A stretch of DNA of 63,734 bases, counting the filler, from Octopus bimaculoides (lineage: Eukaryota), in assembly GCF_001194135.2 (NCBI RefSeq). It is 7 parts of 6 records of this genome, joined end to end, with 100 filler letters (N's around TTAATTAATTAA, not from the genome) between each part and the next. Parts side by side here need not be neighbours in the genome. Positions count along the whole stretch, not along the records: positions 1 to 24,385 come from NC_068991.1; 6 more parts are not named here. One strand, 5' to 3'. Below the pieces are notes generated by a model. The model was not told the origin of the DNA. It made no database searches and worked only from the letters and a program-made list of their open reading frames with translations. Shown here one piece after another: positions 10,643 to 24,157 of this stretch. The translations under genes and the position numbers were made by a program. The first letter of the stretch is position 1; the number at the start of each line of letters is the position of its first letter.

Positions 10643-13600
10643 GAAACTCGAAATAAGTAGTAGAATAAAACATGTAATAACTTTTTAGACATTTACAAAG
10701 TCAAAAGTTTTTAACGATTTAAAACACCAGCTCACTCATGATTGTTGAGTATATTCTCATAATATAGAAACCGTCATCGTTATCATCAATATTGTCATCG
10801 TCATCATCGTCAGCAACAACAACAACAGCAGCAGGTGCTGGTTTCAAAAGAAAGTCAATTGTTTGTTTTTATTTTACAAATTGATAACCAGGAACAGAAC
10901 AAGAAAGAAAATTCTGAAGATGTCGTCATATTTATTTGTAGAAAACTAGAAAACGTTACTAGAGATCGAGTCCTTTTATCTTCTCCCTACTCCGCCCCAT
11001 ACTCCCTAAACTTCTTATTAAGAATCTCTAAGCTCGTTTAAGGGATCTTTCATTTACCAGTAATAATAAAGACGACACTGCAAGCGAGCGCATTTAACTG
11101 ACCATCAGCATTTTGGAATATTCGAGCCAGCATGGGGCCTTCCACCTGTTTTAAACAGTAGATAAATCTCCTGCAGACAACACGCTAGTGTGTCTAGAAA
11201 GAAGATGACACAGGATAAGGTCGTTTTGCTTGCAATGATATTGTTGGCACTCCGTCGCTTACGATGTCGAGGGTTCCAGTCGATCCGTCAACAGAACAGC
11301 CTGCTCGTGAAAGTAACGTGCAAGTGGCTGAGCACTCCACAGACACGTGTACCCTTAACATAGTTCTCAGGGAGATTCAGCGTGACACAGAGTGACAAGG
11401 CTGACCCTTTGAATTACAGGCACAACAGAAACAGGAAGTAAGGGTGAGAGAAAGTTGTGGTGAAAGAGTAGAGCAGGGTTCGCCACCATCCCCTGCCGGA
11501 GCCTCGTGGAGCTTTAGGTGTTTTCGCTCAATAAACACTCACAACGCCTGGTCTGGGAATCGAAGCCGCGATCCTATGACTGCGAGTCCGCTGCCCTAAC
11601 CACTGGGCCATTGCCCCATTGCAATGATATGAGTCATTAAGGCAGTGACCTGGCAGAATCTTTAGCACATCGAACGAAATGCTTTGCATCATTTCTTCCG
11701 TTCTGAGTTCAAATGTCGCCTTTCGGAGGTGACAAAATGACTATCAGTTCAGCACTGTAATCAACTAACCTTTCTCCCTAAAAATTGCTGGCTTTGTGCC
11801 AAAATATAAAAGAATATTCTATAATTTATGGGAATTCAACTTACTTTACACTGATTATAAATAAATTTCAAATATAAATAAACGTAAATTAAAACAAGCT
11901 TCTACATGACGTGGGTAAGAGTTCAACTTGTCGCTTTAATGTTCTAATTTGCCGGGGAATTTAGTTGATTGTTGTTTTTCTAGACATTAATCAACGTAAG
12001 CGCGAGTGGATGTGACTGGAAATCGAAAATCTATGACAAACTTGGCGCTTTTTATTGTTTTTTGGGAGACAAAATTATAGTCGAGTAAATTACAGGTGTA
12101 TTTAATTTGTATTTTGTGAGTGTAGACGATAGGATTGTCAACGGAGACTCACGAGATGTCGAACAACAGTCAATGAACTGATCGTTTGCTCCTACAGGAA
12201 GTAGATTTGTATATATACCTGTACTATATATATTCGCACCCGGTGAAACACGTCATTCGACTCAGCTGATTTGTCATCGCAAAAGACAGGCGCGCGCGCA
12301 CAGGTTGTGTGTGTACCTTTTGTCTTTATTTCAATCATTACACTGCGGCCATGCTGGGGCACCGCTTTGAAGAATTTCAGCTGAACGAATCGAACCCAGA
12401 ACTTTATTTATTTATTTATTTTTTAGCTGGGTACTTAATCTATCGGTCCGTTTTGCCGAACCGCTAAATTACGGGAACGTAAACACACCAGTACCGGTTG
12501 TTAAACGGTGGTAGAGGACAAACACAGACACACACACACACACACACACATACATACATACATAATACATACATACATACATACATACACACACATACAT
12601 ACACACACACATACATACATACATTACATACATACATAATACATACATACATACACACATACATACATACACACACACACACATACATACACACACACAT
12701 ACATACATACACACATACATACACACACATATACATACATACATACACCGCAGATTTGCTTGTCAGTTGTTTGACCTTAACCAATTGATCATGTCCCTTG
12801 GTGGCTGACGATATGTGCATCTCTGATCACGAGCAGAAGTAGTGGGGGAGCATCATNNNNNNNNNNNNNNNNNNNNNNNNNNNNNNNNNNNNNNNNNNNN
12901 NNNNNNNNNNNNNNNNNNNNNNNNNNNNNNNNNNNNNNNNNNNNNNNNNNNNNNNNNNNNNNTCTAACTGGGCCCCACCTGCAAGGTCATGCACTGTTTA
13001 TCTTGATATGAGACCACTGTGTCGCACACATATGGTTGTGATGCATGTGCCTGGTGTACCCTTATCAGCCATGATGAATATACTGGGTTTCGTATATTTA
13101 CCCCAGTGTCACTTTGATGGCATGCACTGCTCTCTCATACATACATACATACATACATACACACACACACATACATACACACACACATACATACATATAT
13201 ACATACACACACACAAACATACGTACACACACATACATACACACATACATACACACACATACATACACACACATACACACACATACATACATACATACAT
13301 ACATACATACATTTTTATTCTTACGATCATGGCTGTAAAATGTTTTATAAGTTTTAAAGGCCCAAAAAGTTTTGAAAGTTTAAGCGTGTATTAAAAGATT
13401 TGTGGATATAGAAGGAGGTATAAAAGTAGATGGCTTAGGTAGGTAGATGGGTAGATGGGTAGATGGGTAGACTGACAAATGAGTCAATAGCTAGATATTC
13501 AAATAGATAGACCCAACCTATCCACACACACACACACACAGACAGGCAGATAGACAGACAGATAGGTAGTTTGGTAGGTAAATAGAAGGATAAATAATTT

Positions 13601-14369
13601 ATGCTACATGTGATGTGTGAATTGGGAGTGAGACTTGTTGGGTGTTGTAGCTTATTTAGTTAGCACTTTTGAACCAAGGGTTCTTCATCTGACTTCTTTA
13701 ATCCCTATGTCCTGCTATTTCTTGACGGTGGTTAGTTTTCCATTCTTTCACAGTTAAAGACCCTGCAAGCAGTAGACGTGTTTCCGTGCATCCAGCCCAT
13801 CATGGCAGTTCAGGTTAGGTGCTTGTTTCCTAATAAAATGTACCTCTGTTATTCTGAAGCTAACTGGATCTCTCTCCCTTGTTAGTATGCAGGTGGAGAA
13901 ATCGCATCACAGTACTGGTGGTGTGCAAGACCACACCACCCAGCACTCTGTTCTAGTGCCATCAACCCTATGATAGGAATTTCTCCATCCTAGCATACTA
14001 GCAAGGGGTAGGGATGCCATTAGCCTCTGCATAACGACTTATTGCCAAAATACTTTCAATAAATTTTAATATACACCAATATGGGCCTACCTACTAAAAT
14101 GTTTAGTAGATAGGCCCACACCTGAGACACAGGCAGGATGCTCATGTTGGGGTAACACAGAGACCATTATATATGAGGCAGAGGAAACAGCTGTAGGACG
14201 AAATGGGCAACCAAACATGCAAGATTACAATATAAGCAGCAAACTTTAAAAAGATAAATATTGGCATTGATTTGTGAGACATAACTCACTTGAAGGTGGT
14301 GCCCCAGTATGACCAAAGTCCAAAGACTGGAGCAGGTAAAAGATAAAAGATACTCATATACATACATAC

Positions 14370-14419
<50 letters not shown>

Positions 14420-15422
14420 NNNNNNNNNNNNNNNNNNNNNNNNNNNNNNNNNNNNNNNNNNNNNNNNNNNNNNNNNNNNNNNNNNNNNNNNNNNNNNNNN
14501 NNNNNNNNNNNNNNNNNNNNNNNNNNNNNNNNNNNNNNNNNNNNNNNNNNNNNNNNNNNNNNNNNNNNNNNNNNNNNNNNNNNNNNNNNNNNNNNNNNNN
14601 NNNNNNNNNNNNNNNNNNNNNNNNNNNNNNNNNNNNNNNNNNNNNNNNNNNNNNNNNNNNNNNNNNNNNNNNNNNNNNNNNNNNNNNNNNNNNNNNNNNN
14701 NNNNNNNNNNNNNNNNNNNNNNNNNNNNNNNNNNNNNNNNNNNNNNNNNNNNNNNNNNNNNNNNNNNNNNNNNNNNNNNNNNNNNNNNNNNNNNNNNNNN
14801 NNNNNNNNNNNNNNNNNNNNNNNNNNNNNNNNNNNNNNNNNNNNNNNNNNNNNNNNNNNNNNNNNNNNNNNNNNNNNNNNNNNNNNNNNNNNNNNNNNNN
14901 NNNNNNNAAGTTAGAAAATGGTAAAATAATTTTATCATGAAGTACATTTTAGTGTCAGTTTCTTTTCAACTAAGAGTAAAATAAGAAAAACAATTAAATT
15001 GGAGAAAAAAAATTAAGTGAAATGTTTTGTAAATATTTCTATAGTCTTCAAATAGTCTGTCTGTCTGTCTCTCTCTGTCTCTGTCTGTCTGTCTGTCTCT
15101 GTCTCTGTCTCTCTCTCTCTTTCTCTCTCTATTCCTTTGTGAATGTTTGGTAGGTAGTAGCAAATCTGAAGAAATACTTTTATGAGTATAGAGAATTGAT
15201 GGCTTAAGCAGGAGCAGCTGAAGGAGGAGGAGGAGGAGGAGGAGAAGAAGAAGAAGAAAAAGAAGAAGGAGAAGAAGTAGGGGTAAAGAAAGAAGAGGAA
15301 GAAGGAGAAAGAAAAGAAAAAGACGGGAGTTGTGTGACACAGATTGTTTGTAGAATCTTTTTTAATGGTCAAATGACCTAAAAGGGATCTGTTGTGGTTG
15401 TAGCAGTAGTGGTGGAGTTGTT

Positions 15423-15719
15423 CTAAATTCTTATAGTATTTTCATCTGTAGTGGAAGCATTCAAAATAGGTTTATATTTTGCGATATAATATGCTTCTTT
15501 GCTAATGCTCTGATTATAGGTTGCATTGTCCCTGAATTTATAGAGGGGAAAAATTCTGAAGTTGGGTCGTTTGTTAGTGGCGCAAATATCAATGTGCTCG
15601 CGTAATTCTATTTTTCTGTATTCTCGTATTTTAATCTGGGATCTATGTACTGTCATCCTCTGGTGTAGACTGTTTTTAGTTTGACCAATATATTGTTCTT
15701 GACACCTTCAGCAATTTAG
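15423..15719 (-). mobile_element. Penelope-like element remnant, GIY-YIG endonuclease C-terminus
   Basis: Reads LNC*RCQEQYIGQTKNSLHQRMTVHRSQIKIREYRKIELREHIDICATNKRPNFRIFPLYK...KEAYYIAKYKPILN, with the CxxC..YIGQT...R...H...E...I....P.LN pattern and one in-frame stop. Confidence 0.85.
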
Positions 15720-18700
15720 TAGATGGAAACTAGACCTGTGGCCAGGTGGTTTGGCTGTTGCACTCATGAGGGCTAGATCATGGGTTCAATTCCCTGATTG
15801 GGTGGCACATAGTGTTCTTGAGTAAATCACTTCATTTCACAGTGCTCCAGTCCCCCTTCGATGAAGCGGGGGGGGGGATGTTGGCCTGCTCACCTTGCCA
15901 GCATGGTGGTGGTGTCATTCGAAGGCTAAAACAATGCAAAAGCCCATTGTGACCAGTGATGTGTAACATCATCTGATAGCCTGGTCGCTCATGCAATCAC
16001 ATGAGATGCAACCTGAAAGAAGCCTGCCGTGTGTATGTGTTTGTATTTGCCATCCCCTCACTTGACAACTGGTGTTGGTTTGTTTACATCCTTGTAACTA
16101 AGAGGCTAACCAAAAGAGACAGATAGAATAGATACCAGGTTTTAAAATAAGTCCTGGGTCGATTTCATCAATGAGACTCTTCGAGGTGGTCCCTTGGCAT
16201 GGCTGCAACCCAATGACGGAAAAACATGTGTTTGTCTGTGTGTGTGTGGTGTATGTATGTGTGTGTGTGTATGGTGTATGTATGTGTATTAGTATATTAA
16301 ATGTGTATTCGATTTCTTAGAAAATCAAAATTTCCAAGAAATTATTGAAGATAATAAATTCAGATAAATCACTTATCTTAAATTGATATCAATTTTTTTA
16401 GATAGGGAAAGGCGGCAGCGGCGGTGGTGGTGGGGTGAAGGTGAAAAGATATGTTGAGCAACATGAAGTTTTGGAACAAAAGTACGATGGTGTCAAAGAT
16501 AAAATGTCTCCAATGACAGGTGGATTGGATGAAGGTTGACCTGGTGTTAAACGTGACTGACAACAATAAGAAATAACACAACTATCAAAACACAGGCACA
16601 GGCATTATGGTTGTGTGGTAAGATATTTGCTTCCCATCCACATGGTTATCGGTTCAGTTCCATTTGCGTAGCATCTGGGATAAATGTCTTTTACTATAGC
16701 CCCAGGTCAACAAAAGCCTTGTAAGTGGATTTGATAGAAGGAAAGAAGCCAGTCACATACATAAATCAACATCACCATCACCACCACCACCACCACCTTC
16801 ATTATCACCACCACTACCATCACCATATCCATCACCATCATCACCCATTGTAATCCATCCCACCTTTCAGCACCATCACCTGTCTTACGTGTTCATTATT
16901 TTTTCCTTCCTTCGACCAGTCTTGGAGGAATTGGAAACAATCACGGATACTTCCCTTCTTCCTCTAAACAAACAGTGGAACCTCATTGGCTTCACTGCCA
17001 TTGTGGACGCAATGGAAACCAACAGTGGCAACCAGAGATAATTCTTATCAACAAGAAAGGTAACACAGAAAAGAGTAGACATTAAAATACTTCACACAAA
17101 TCAAAGATTTCAAGAGGTTGGGTCAGAGTTAGATATAATTATGTCATAAAGTCATTACAACAAAAGATAATTATCCATTATCTTTGATTATTATTTCTAT
17201 TATACAAATGGACCTAATTACCTGACTTATGCCACATTTTAGGTAACACAGTCTGCTCATCAAAGGTTTGACAGTTCAAATCATTCTACTCAATTACTGT
17301 TGTTGTTTATTCCCCGATTTACCCGGAATGAACAAACTTATGACTAAAGCCATTCCAGTTGTGATCATGAATGTAGTCCTAGATATACTTATATTAGAAA
17401 GGAGACGAATGAAATGGTCTGGGATTGGATACTTTTGATTATAGCCCTACCCCAGTTGGGGCTGACAATGAACTCAGCAACAGCAACAACTGAATTAAAG
17501 GTTCACCATAAAAGAACAGCACTATTTAATCAACATTCTGCATTTAGTGATTTTCCCATTATTTTCGACGTGTTGTCTTTTGAAAAGGTCAAGGAATTTG
17601 CATTTTTGTTGGTAATTTTCTTCCCTAAGAAACATCAAATTCACAAAGAATGTAAAGTGATATTGCATGATGTTTATGAAAGGTGTTATCAACCTGATTG
17701 GCAAACCTTCAATTAATGGTGAAGGCAAACCTCCAGCTAACAGCACTCCGACTATACACCCAACATTGCACTGTGCTCTCTCTCTGTGTGTCTGTCTGTC
17801 TCTCTCTGTCTGTCTGTCTCTCTCTGTCTGTCTCTCTCTCTGTGTCTGTCTGTCTGTCTGTTTGTCTCTCTCTCTCTCTCTCTCACTCTCTCTCTCTCTC
17901 TCCCTNNNNNNNNNNNNNNNNNNNNNNNNNNNNNNNNNNNNNNNNNNNNNNNNNNNNNNNNNNNNNNNNNNNNNNNNNNNNNNNNNNNNNNNNNNNNNNN
18001 NNNNNNNNNNNNNNNNNNNNNNNNNNNNNNNNNNNNNNNNNNNNNNNNNNNNNNNNNNNNNNNNNNNNNNNNNNNNNNNNNNNNNNNNNNNNNNNNNNNN
18101 NNNNNNNACCAGTGTTTCTCCTTATCCAAATCTCATATAAAATATTTTTCCTTTTTTAACCACTGAATACCTTGCAGGCATGGGTGAGCGATTAAGAAGT
18201 CCATCTGCAGTCATTAGAACTCAGCTGCAACACCTCAACAAAATGTCTTTATCAAAGACTTGCCTTGACCCAAGCCTTGTGAACGAGACTGACTAAACAG
18301 AAATTGGGCCGGTGCCAGTTTATTTGGCCTGTACCTGTTATTCAAAGACCAGGTTTATCATGCACAGAACCAATGCTGATTTTGCTTGAGGGTTGCATTA
18401 AGGGTACACGTGTCTGCGGAATACTCAACCACTTATACTATAACACAGCGAGTAAGTACTACACATTGCATTGAACATCATTGAACAACTAAAGTGCTTG
18501 TTAAAAACTGTGACATACCAAAAGCTGTACACACAAAATATTTGTTTTAGTGTGTGGTAATTTAATGGTGTGTAAATAATTGTGTGTTAACTACATCAGA
18601 TTAAGAAAAAAAGAAAAGAAAAAAGGATGAAATAATATACAAAACAAACAAAATATATTTTTTAAAAAAATAATGAGTTTACGGTATAGAGTTGGAAAAG

Positions 18701-19865
18701 AGTAAAAGAGGGTACAGGAAGCAGAAATCCTTAAAATATTTAGGGTTTGGACTACAATTTTATCAACAAAAGACATACAGCATCATTTCTAAACATAAAG
18801 AAAGGTAAGGACAGAAAAGATTGGGAAAAAAGAAAAGTGTCTTTTCCCCACAAAAAATGATTAGCCATTCTAGTGTTTGAGACGATGCTGAATGAAAGAA
18901 TAATGTTGCAAGGGACATAACTCCAACCAACATTATTCAAATCTTTAAACGACAATAATTTAAGTCGTGGTAACAAGTAGATTGAATAGAGTACCAGGCC
19001 CCACGCCCCAAATATTTGTGAAGCTCTTTTACTCCCACTCATTTTTTTATTAATGATGAAAAACCAAAACAGAGTTTGCATCTATATAATTCTTCTTTAT
19101 TTAACATAGTGTTGGATACATTTAAAAATTTGGAAACTAACATGCTTAATAAAATTAGGAATTTTATAAAGCATGGGATTTGTCTGCATCCTTTTCGATC
19201 TTCACAGCCCCACAACTAACTGAAACACTGTCGTACAGCGTTTTGTTAAAGCTGACCTCATTTGATCCTGTTTCTGGAAGAAAACTATCTAGAGATAATC
19301 TTATACAGTTTAATTATTTTCACGAATTATTCTAGTGTTCCTACAATTGTTATTTACAAGTTCATTCATCCCCGACTGATTCCAGCTAACAAGTTCCTTC
19401 ATCATTTGTTATCATTGCATTATCATTGGATTATCCATTGTCCTTGCATAACATTGAATATCTGATGATGACTCGCAAGTTCAGTATAACTAAATGCTAG
19501 GCCTCACTCTTGATAGTCTCATATCCACAACACAGCCAAGTCAGCTCAAAGATGTTAATAATCCGAAGTTAAATGTAGGCTCTGTTTCAAGAAGTAATAA
19601 ACCCAGACCAAATGTGAATTATAGGCCCCATTCCAAACAACTCAGTAAGTATTTCAGTAAATAGAATTAAATACATGATTACAGATGTACAGACAGTGAC
19701 CCAGATGCAAAGTTTGCTTAGCGGGTGCAAACCCAGGTCCAAATTTTTTAATGAAAAATGTGGATTTTTTCAATGTTAACATTAAAGCAAATGCAGGTAT
19801 AATAATAATTTCATTATTATGAGGATCAGCTGAAATGTTCATAGGCTGAGCAAGACACTCGCATG

Positions 19866-20215
19866 GAATGTGACCAAATGAAGTTCATTTTCCCGCTTCC
19901 TGTCCACACACTTCCATAAGTAGTTGCAGTGCTCGGATCGCACTGGTGAAGAAGCTATTCTGTTGGTCAAAATGGTCATCAACAGCAGATAAGACGTCAT
20001 CATCAAAGTGATGCTGGTGCCCAGCTGAGTGTTTTTCTATGTTGGGAAACAGATGATGACCAGATGGAACCAGATCCCTAACATAGGGAGGGGTGATCAA
20101 CCAGTTCAAAGCCAGTCATGCACATCAGCCATTGAAAGCAAGGACTTGTGCACTGATGCATTGTTCTAATGAAACAAGACCCCATTCATCAGTTTTTCTG
20201 GGTGTTTGGTCTTGA
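19866..20215 (-). mobile_element. Mariner transposase C-terminal remnant
   Basis: Decayed GVLFH*NNASVHK (HxDNA motif), then PPYVRDLVPSGHHLFPNIEKHSAG...DDDVLSAVDDHFDQQ, matching YSPDLAPSDxxLF. Frameshifts are present. Confidence 0.8.
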
Positions 20216-21053
20216 TGGCTTTCATAACTGCCTTAGCAAGTTGGCATTGAATTTTCCATTGATGGTGTGATCATTTTGAAGATAATCAATAAACACAATA
20301 TTTTTTGCATTAACATATAGAATATGTAATAATGTGAACTATATTTTGCATATTAAAATGTTTAATTTTGGAAATATATCAAGTGGAGCAAACATAAGCA
20401 ATAAAAATACAAATTGCAAGTATTTCAAAATGTGGGACACTACATGACAAAACCTAACAAAAAGAGGAAGAAAATAGTGGTGTTTGTGTTCCAAAGGTAC
20501 AATGAGAAGGCTCAGGAGAAGGATGGAAAGATGGGATAGAAGGGAAGAAAGATAGAGGGAAAGAAAAGAATGAAAAGTGAAAAGGTAAACTAGGGGTCTG
20601 AAGTGAGTGCAAGGCAGGAGATGAAACAAGATACATGTCTTACCTGTGCACTGATCAAGTAGAAAAAAGATGAGTGATAAAAAAATTGGATGGTCTTTTG
20701 GTACCAAAAAGTGAAGAAAGAGAGACAGAGTAGGGTAGAGAAGGTTGGGGAAGAGCAAGTATGAAGAAAGAGGAAGTGCAGAGAAAAAGGGAATAAAGGA
20801 AGACAGTAGGGGTTGACAGAGATGGACAGAGGAAGAAACGGAAGGCAGTAAAGAGAGAAAGGCAGCAGATAGAAATAGATGGGGAAGGTTTTGAGCACAA
20901 GAGGGGAGAGGAGAAGGATAGAGAAATGGATAGAAAAGAGAGAAAATCTTGCACCAAATATTGAACATTGTGTGGGGTACCACCGAGCGGGGACAGAAGT
21001 AGGGTGTGTGACATTGCATTGACTAATAACCATAAAGTGTTGCACAGAAAGTC

Positions 21054-21170
<117 letters not shown>

Positions 21171-22239
21171 CATATTCATCCTGAAGAATTTCAAAAGCAT
21201 AAGGGAAGTAATTCTGTCATCATTATTTCTCAGAATTGAGTTGCAGAGTCCACTTAAGGCGACCTTACGAGTATTCATTAATGAAGTAGACATGTATTTC
21301 GAATGGAAACGATGTTTCAGAATTACGCCAGAATAGTAATGGAATGCTATGAGATATGTTTGCCTTTCTCAAAGCACCAGTGACTTATTTGAATAGGTTA
21401 TAACTTTGACTCAGAATCAGGTATGAGATCAACTCATCCTACAAGTACTTCCTTTTGGAACGAAAACTATAAATACCAATTTCTTATAAAAGTAAAAAAA
21501 AAATCAGGCATATTCCATACTTGGAAGTATGGGATTGTGTGACATTCAGCCATTTACAATTAGTTGGTTGAAGCAGCCTCAGCTCTGACTCGAAACTTAA
21601 TAGCAGTCTCTGTTCGCCATAAATTTAAATAATCTCTTTTTTAATTAGGACTTTTCGAAAGACAAACTACTGAATCGGTTAAATAAACAGAAGCTTTTAT
21701 GTTGATATAAAATTACGCGTAAATAAATGAAGAAAGATAACTCTTCATAAACACTTTACGCAGTTACTTCCCTTGAAATTAATAACTTTTACGTAAATTC
21801 TTTATTAAATTTCGAGCAAATAATGTGATTGGTTCAGCTGAGGAACAGCTTGGTGATGGCAGAGGTGTTGGTTGTCGCTGTTTTACCAAAAGTCAGCCCT
21901 AATCGCGCAGTTCTGTGATGAAGGTCATTCCAGTCGTGACCATTACTTCCACCTACAGTCGCATTATTGAATGTATCTTTTTTTTAATAAAGACGATAGG
22001 ATGTGACATGAGGGAGCCTGGTGGTTATTTTTAGTAGGCCTAGCGACTTTGTCCTTTCTCATGTCCTTTTTCTTTCTCTTTCTTTTTTTTATTTTTTCAC
22101 ATTACATGATTTTATAAATGAGAAATCTGGTGTTTACTTTAATGGCTTACAAATGTATACAGTGAGTTTCTTTGCTCTAGCTGTTGGGAAGACACTCGGT
22201 AAGAAATGGAAAAAACAAAGAAAGAAGAAGAAAAATTCA

Positions 22240-22636
22240 TAATAATAATAATAATAACGATTTCCTTTATTTACCACAAGGGTGAAGGATGAGGGGGACA
22301 ATACAAAGACAGTCATAAAGTGTTGGGGTTTACATGTAATGAAATGATAAAATAAAATAAAAAAGTAAGTAAGTATACATGGTATACACTGAAAAAGAAG
22401 GGACATATACATAGCATACAAAGAAAAAAAAAGAAAAAAAAGGTGGCAGAGAGGGTGATAGAGATGTAGCCCTCCTGGTACAGAAAGACCTGTAGGGATA
22501 ATCAAGGAACCCCACTGTCTGAGATTTCCCTGAACACCAAAAGTAAGTGCCCGCTCCAATTCTTTCTTACCAATTTACAGGCCTACATTGAGAGAGATAC
22601 CATTCACTCTTGCCATTTTTGCAACTTTCACCCACC
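22240..22636 (-). mobile_element. LINE 3' end (tentatively L1/Tx1 clade): ORF C-terminus, 3' UTR, AATAAA and (TTA)n tail
   Basis: Minus strand reads WVKVAKMARVNGISLNVGL*, then a T-rich UTR ending CCCTTGTGGTAAATAAAGGAAATCG(TTA)n. The 5' end is truncated at a (TTA)n run. Confidence 0.55.
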
Positions 22637-22686
<50 letters not shown>

Positions 22687-23036
22687 TAAAATACAAAAAC
22701 CTGGAAAACAAAATACAAAAACCTGGAAAACAAAATACAAAGACCTGGAAATAGAGGTAACTCGAATGTGGAATCTAAAAACAGAAACAATTCCTATCAT
22801 AGTAGGTGCCTTAGGTATAATAAAAAAATATTCAGACAAATACATAACAAAAACACCAGGACTTACAAATATATATAACATACAGAAAATTGCACTACTG
22901 GGTACTGCACACATTCTACGCAAAACACTTTCAATACAGTAAACATAAGAGCACCACAGCAAACCACAGCACATACCCAAGGCACACAGAGCTGCGCTTG
23001 GTAGTGAAGTGAAAGCACGTTATAAAAATAAAACTA

Positions 23037-23078
<42 letters not shown>
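22687..23078 (+). mobile_element. R4/Dong-like RLE LINE, 5'-truncated 3' end with (TAA)n tail
   Basis: KYKDLEIEVTRMWNLKTETIPIIVGALGIIKKYSDKYITKTPGLTNIYNIQKIALLGTAHILRKTL* matches the C-terminal restriction-like endonuclease region. Confidence 0.88.
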
Positions 23079-23080
<2 letters not shown>

Positions 23081-23576
23081 AATGCAATGTGACTCCCTAA
23101 TCAATACTTGGAGGTCAGACGTTGTTGTGGTAGAGGAAAGGAGAAAGGAAACAAAGATCATAGATCTTGTCATACCTGAGGATGCATGCGTAGATGTCGA
23201 AGAGCTGGAAAAGATGGAGAAGTTCAGTCTACTACTAAAAGATGAAATTGCAGGAATGTGGGCAATGAGGAGAGTAACTGTTATCCCTGTGGTTGTAGGG
23301 GGCGCTTGGAGCACTAACAACCAGGTTTGAGAAATATATCAGAGAAATTGGAATTGGCATGAGGGAAGAGCAGGCCCCAAAAAACTGCTCCATTGGGGAC
23401 ATCTAGGATTTTGAGATGGGTGCTTGGGTGTTGAGTGTCTCCCATGATAATTAACAATCAAGTATCAAAGCTTATAATGTGCAGAAAGAGACCCTTGTGA
23501 GACCTATGACAACAGGTTGCCATCTGCTCTCACAGAACCAACCAGACTAAGTAAGATCGAGAGCTCTAAGAAACAA

Positions 23577-23577
<1 letters not shown>
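23079..23577 (+). mobile_element. Second, divergent R4/Dong-like RLE LINE 3' end
   Basis: QCDSLINTWRSDVVVVEERRKETKIIDLVIPEDACVDVEELEKMEKF...VIPVVVGG is a decayed PD-(D/E)xK RLE motif, with frameshifts downstream and (TAA)n on both sides. Confidence 0.85.
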
Positions 23578-23628
<51 letters not shown>

Positions 23629-24092
23629 GTAATGACAATAATAATCCTTTCTACCATAGGTACAAGGCCAATAGGGACCAAATCAATTACATCGACCCCA
23701 GTACTTGACTGGTACTTATTTTATTGACCCCCCAAAAGGATGAAAGGCAAAGTTGACCTCAGTGGAATTTGAACTCAGAGCATAAAGATGGACGAAATGC
23801 CACTAAGCATTTTGTCTTGTAAGCAAACGGTTCTGCCAGCTCACAGCCTTAATTAGAATAATAATGATAATAATAACAATCCTTTCTGCTAAAGGCACAA
23901 GGCCTGAAATTTTGGGGGAGGGGGTTAGTTGATTACATCGACCCCAGTGTTTCACTGGTATTTATTTTATCGACGCTGAAAGGATGAAAAGCAAAGTCGA
24001 CCTTGGTGGAATTTGAACTCAGAACGTAAAGACAGACTAAATACCACAAAGCATTTTGCCTGGCGTGCTAACGATTCTGCCAGCTTGCCACC

Positions 24093-24155
<63 letters not shown>

Positions 24156-24157
<2 letters not shown>

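Noticed and set aside
17414-17716. 100-aa ORF with a signal-peptide-like start
   Set aside because: The 5' part overlaps a decayed interspersed repeat, and I recognise no domain or splice support.
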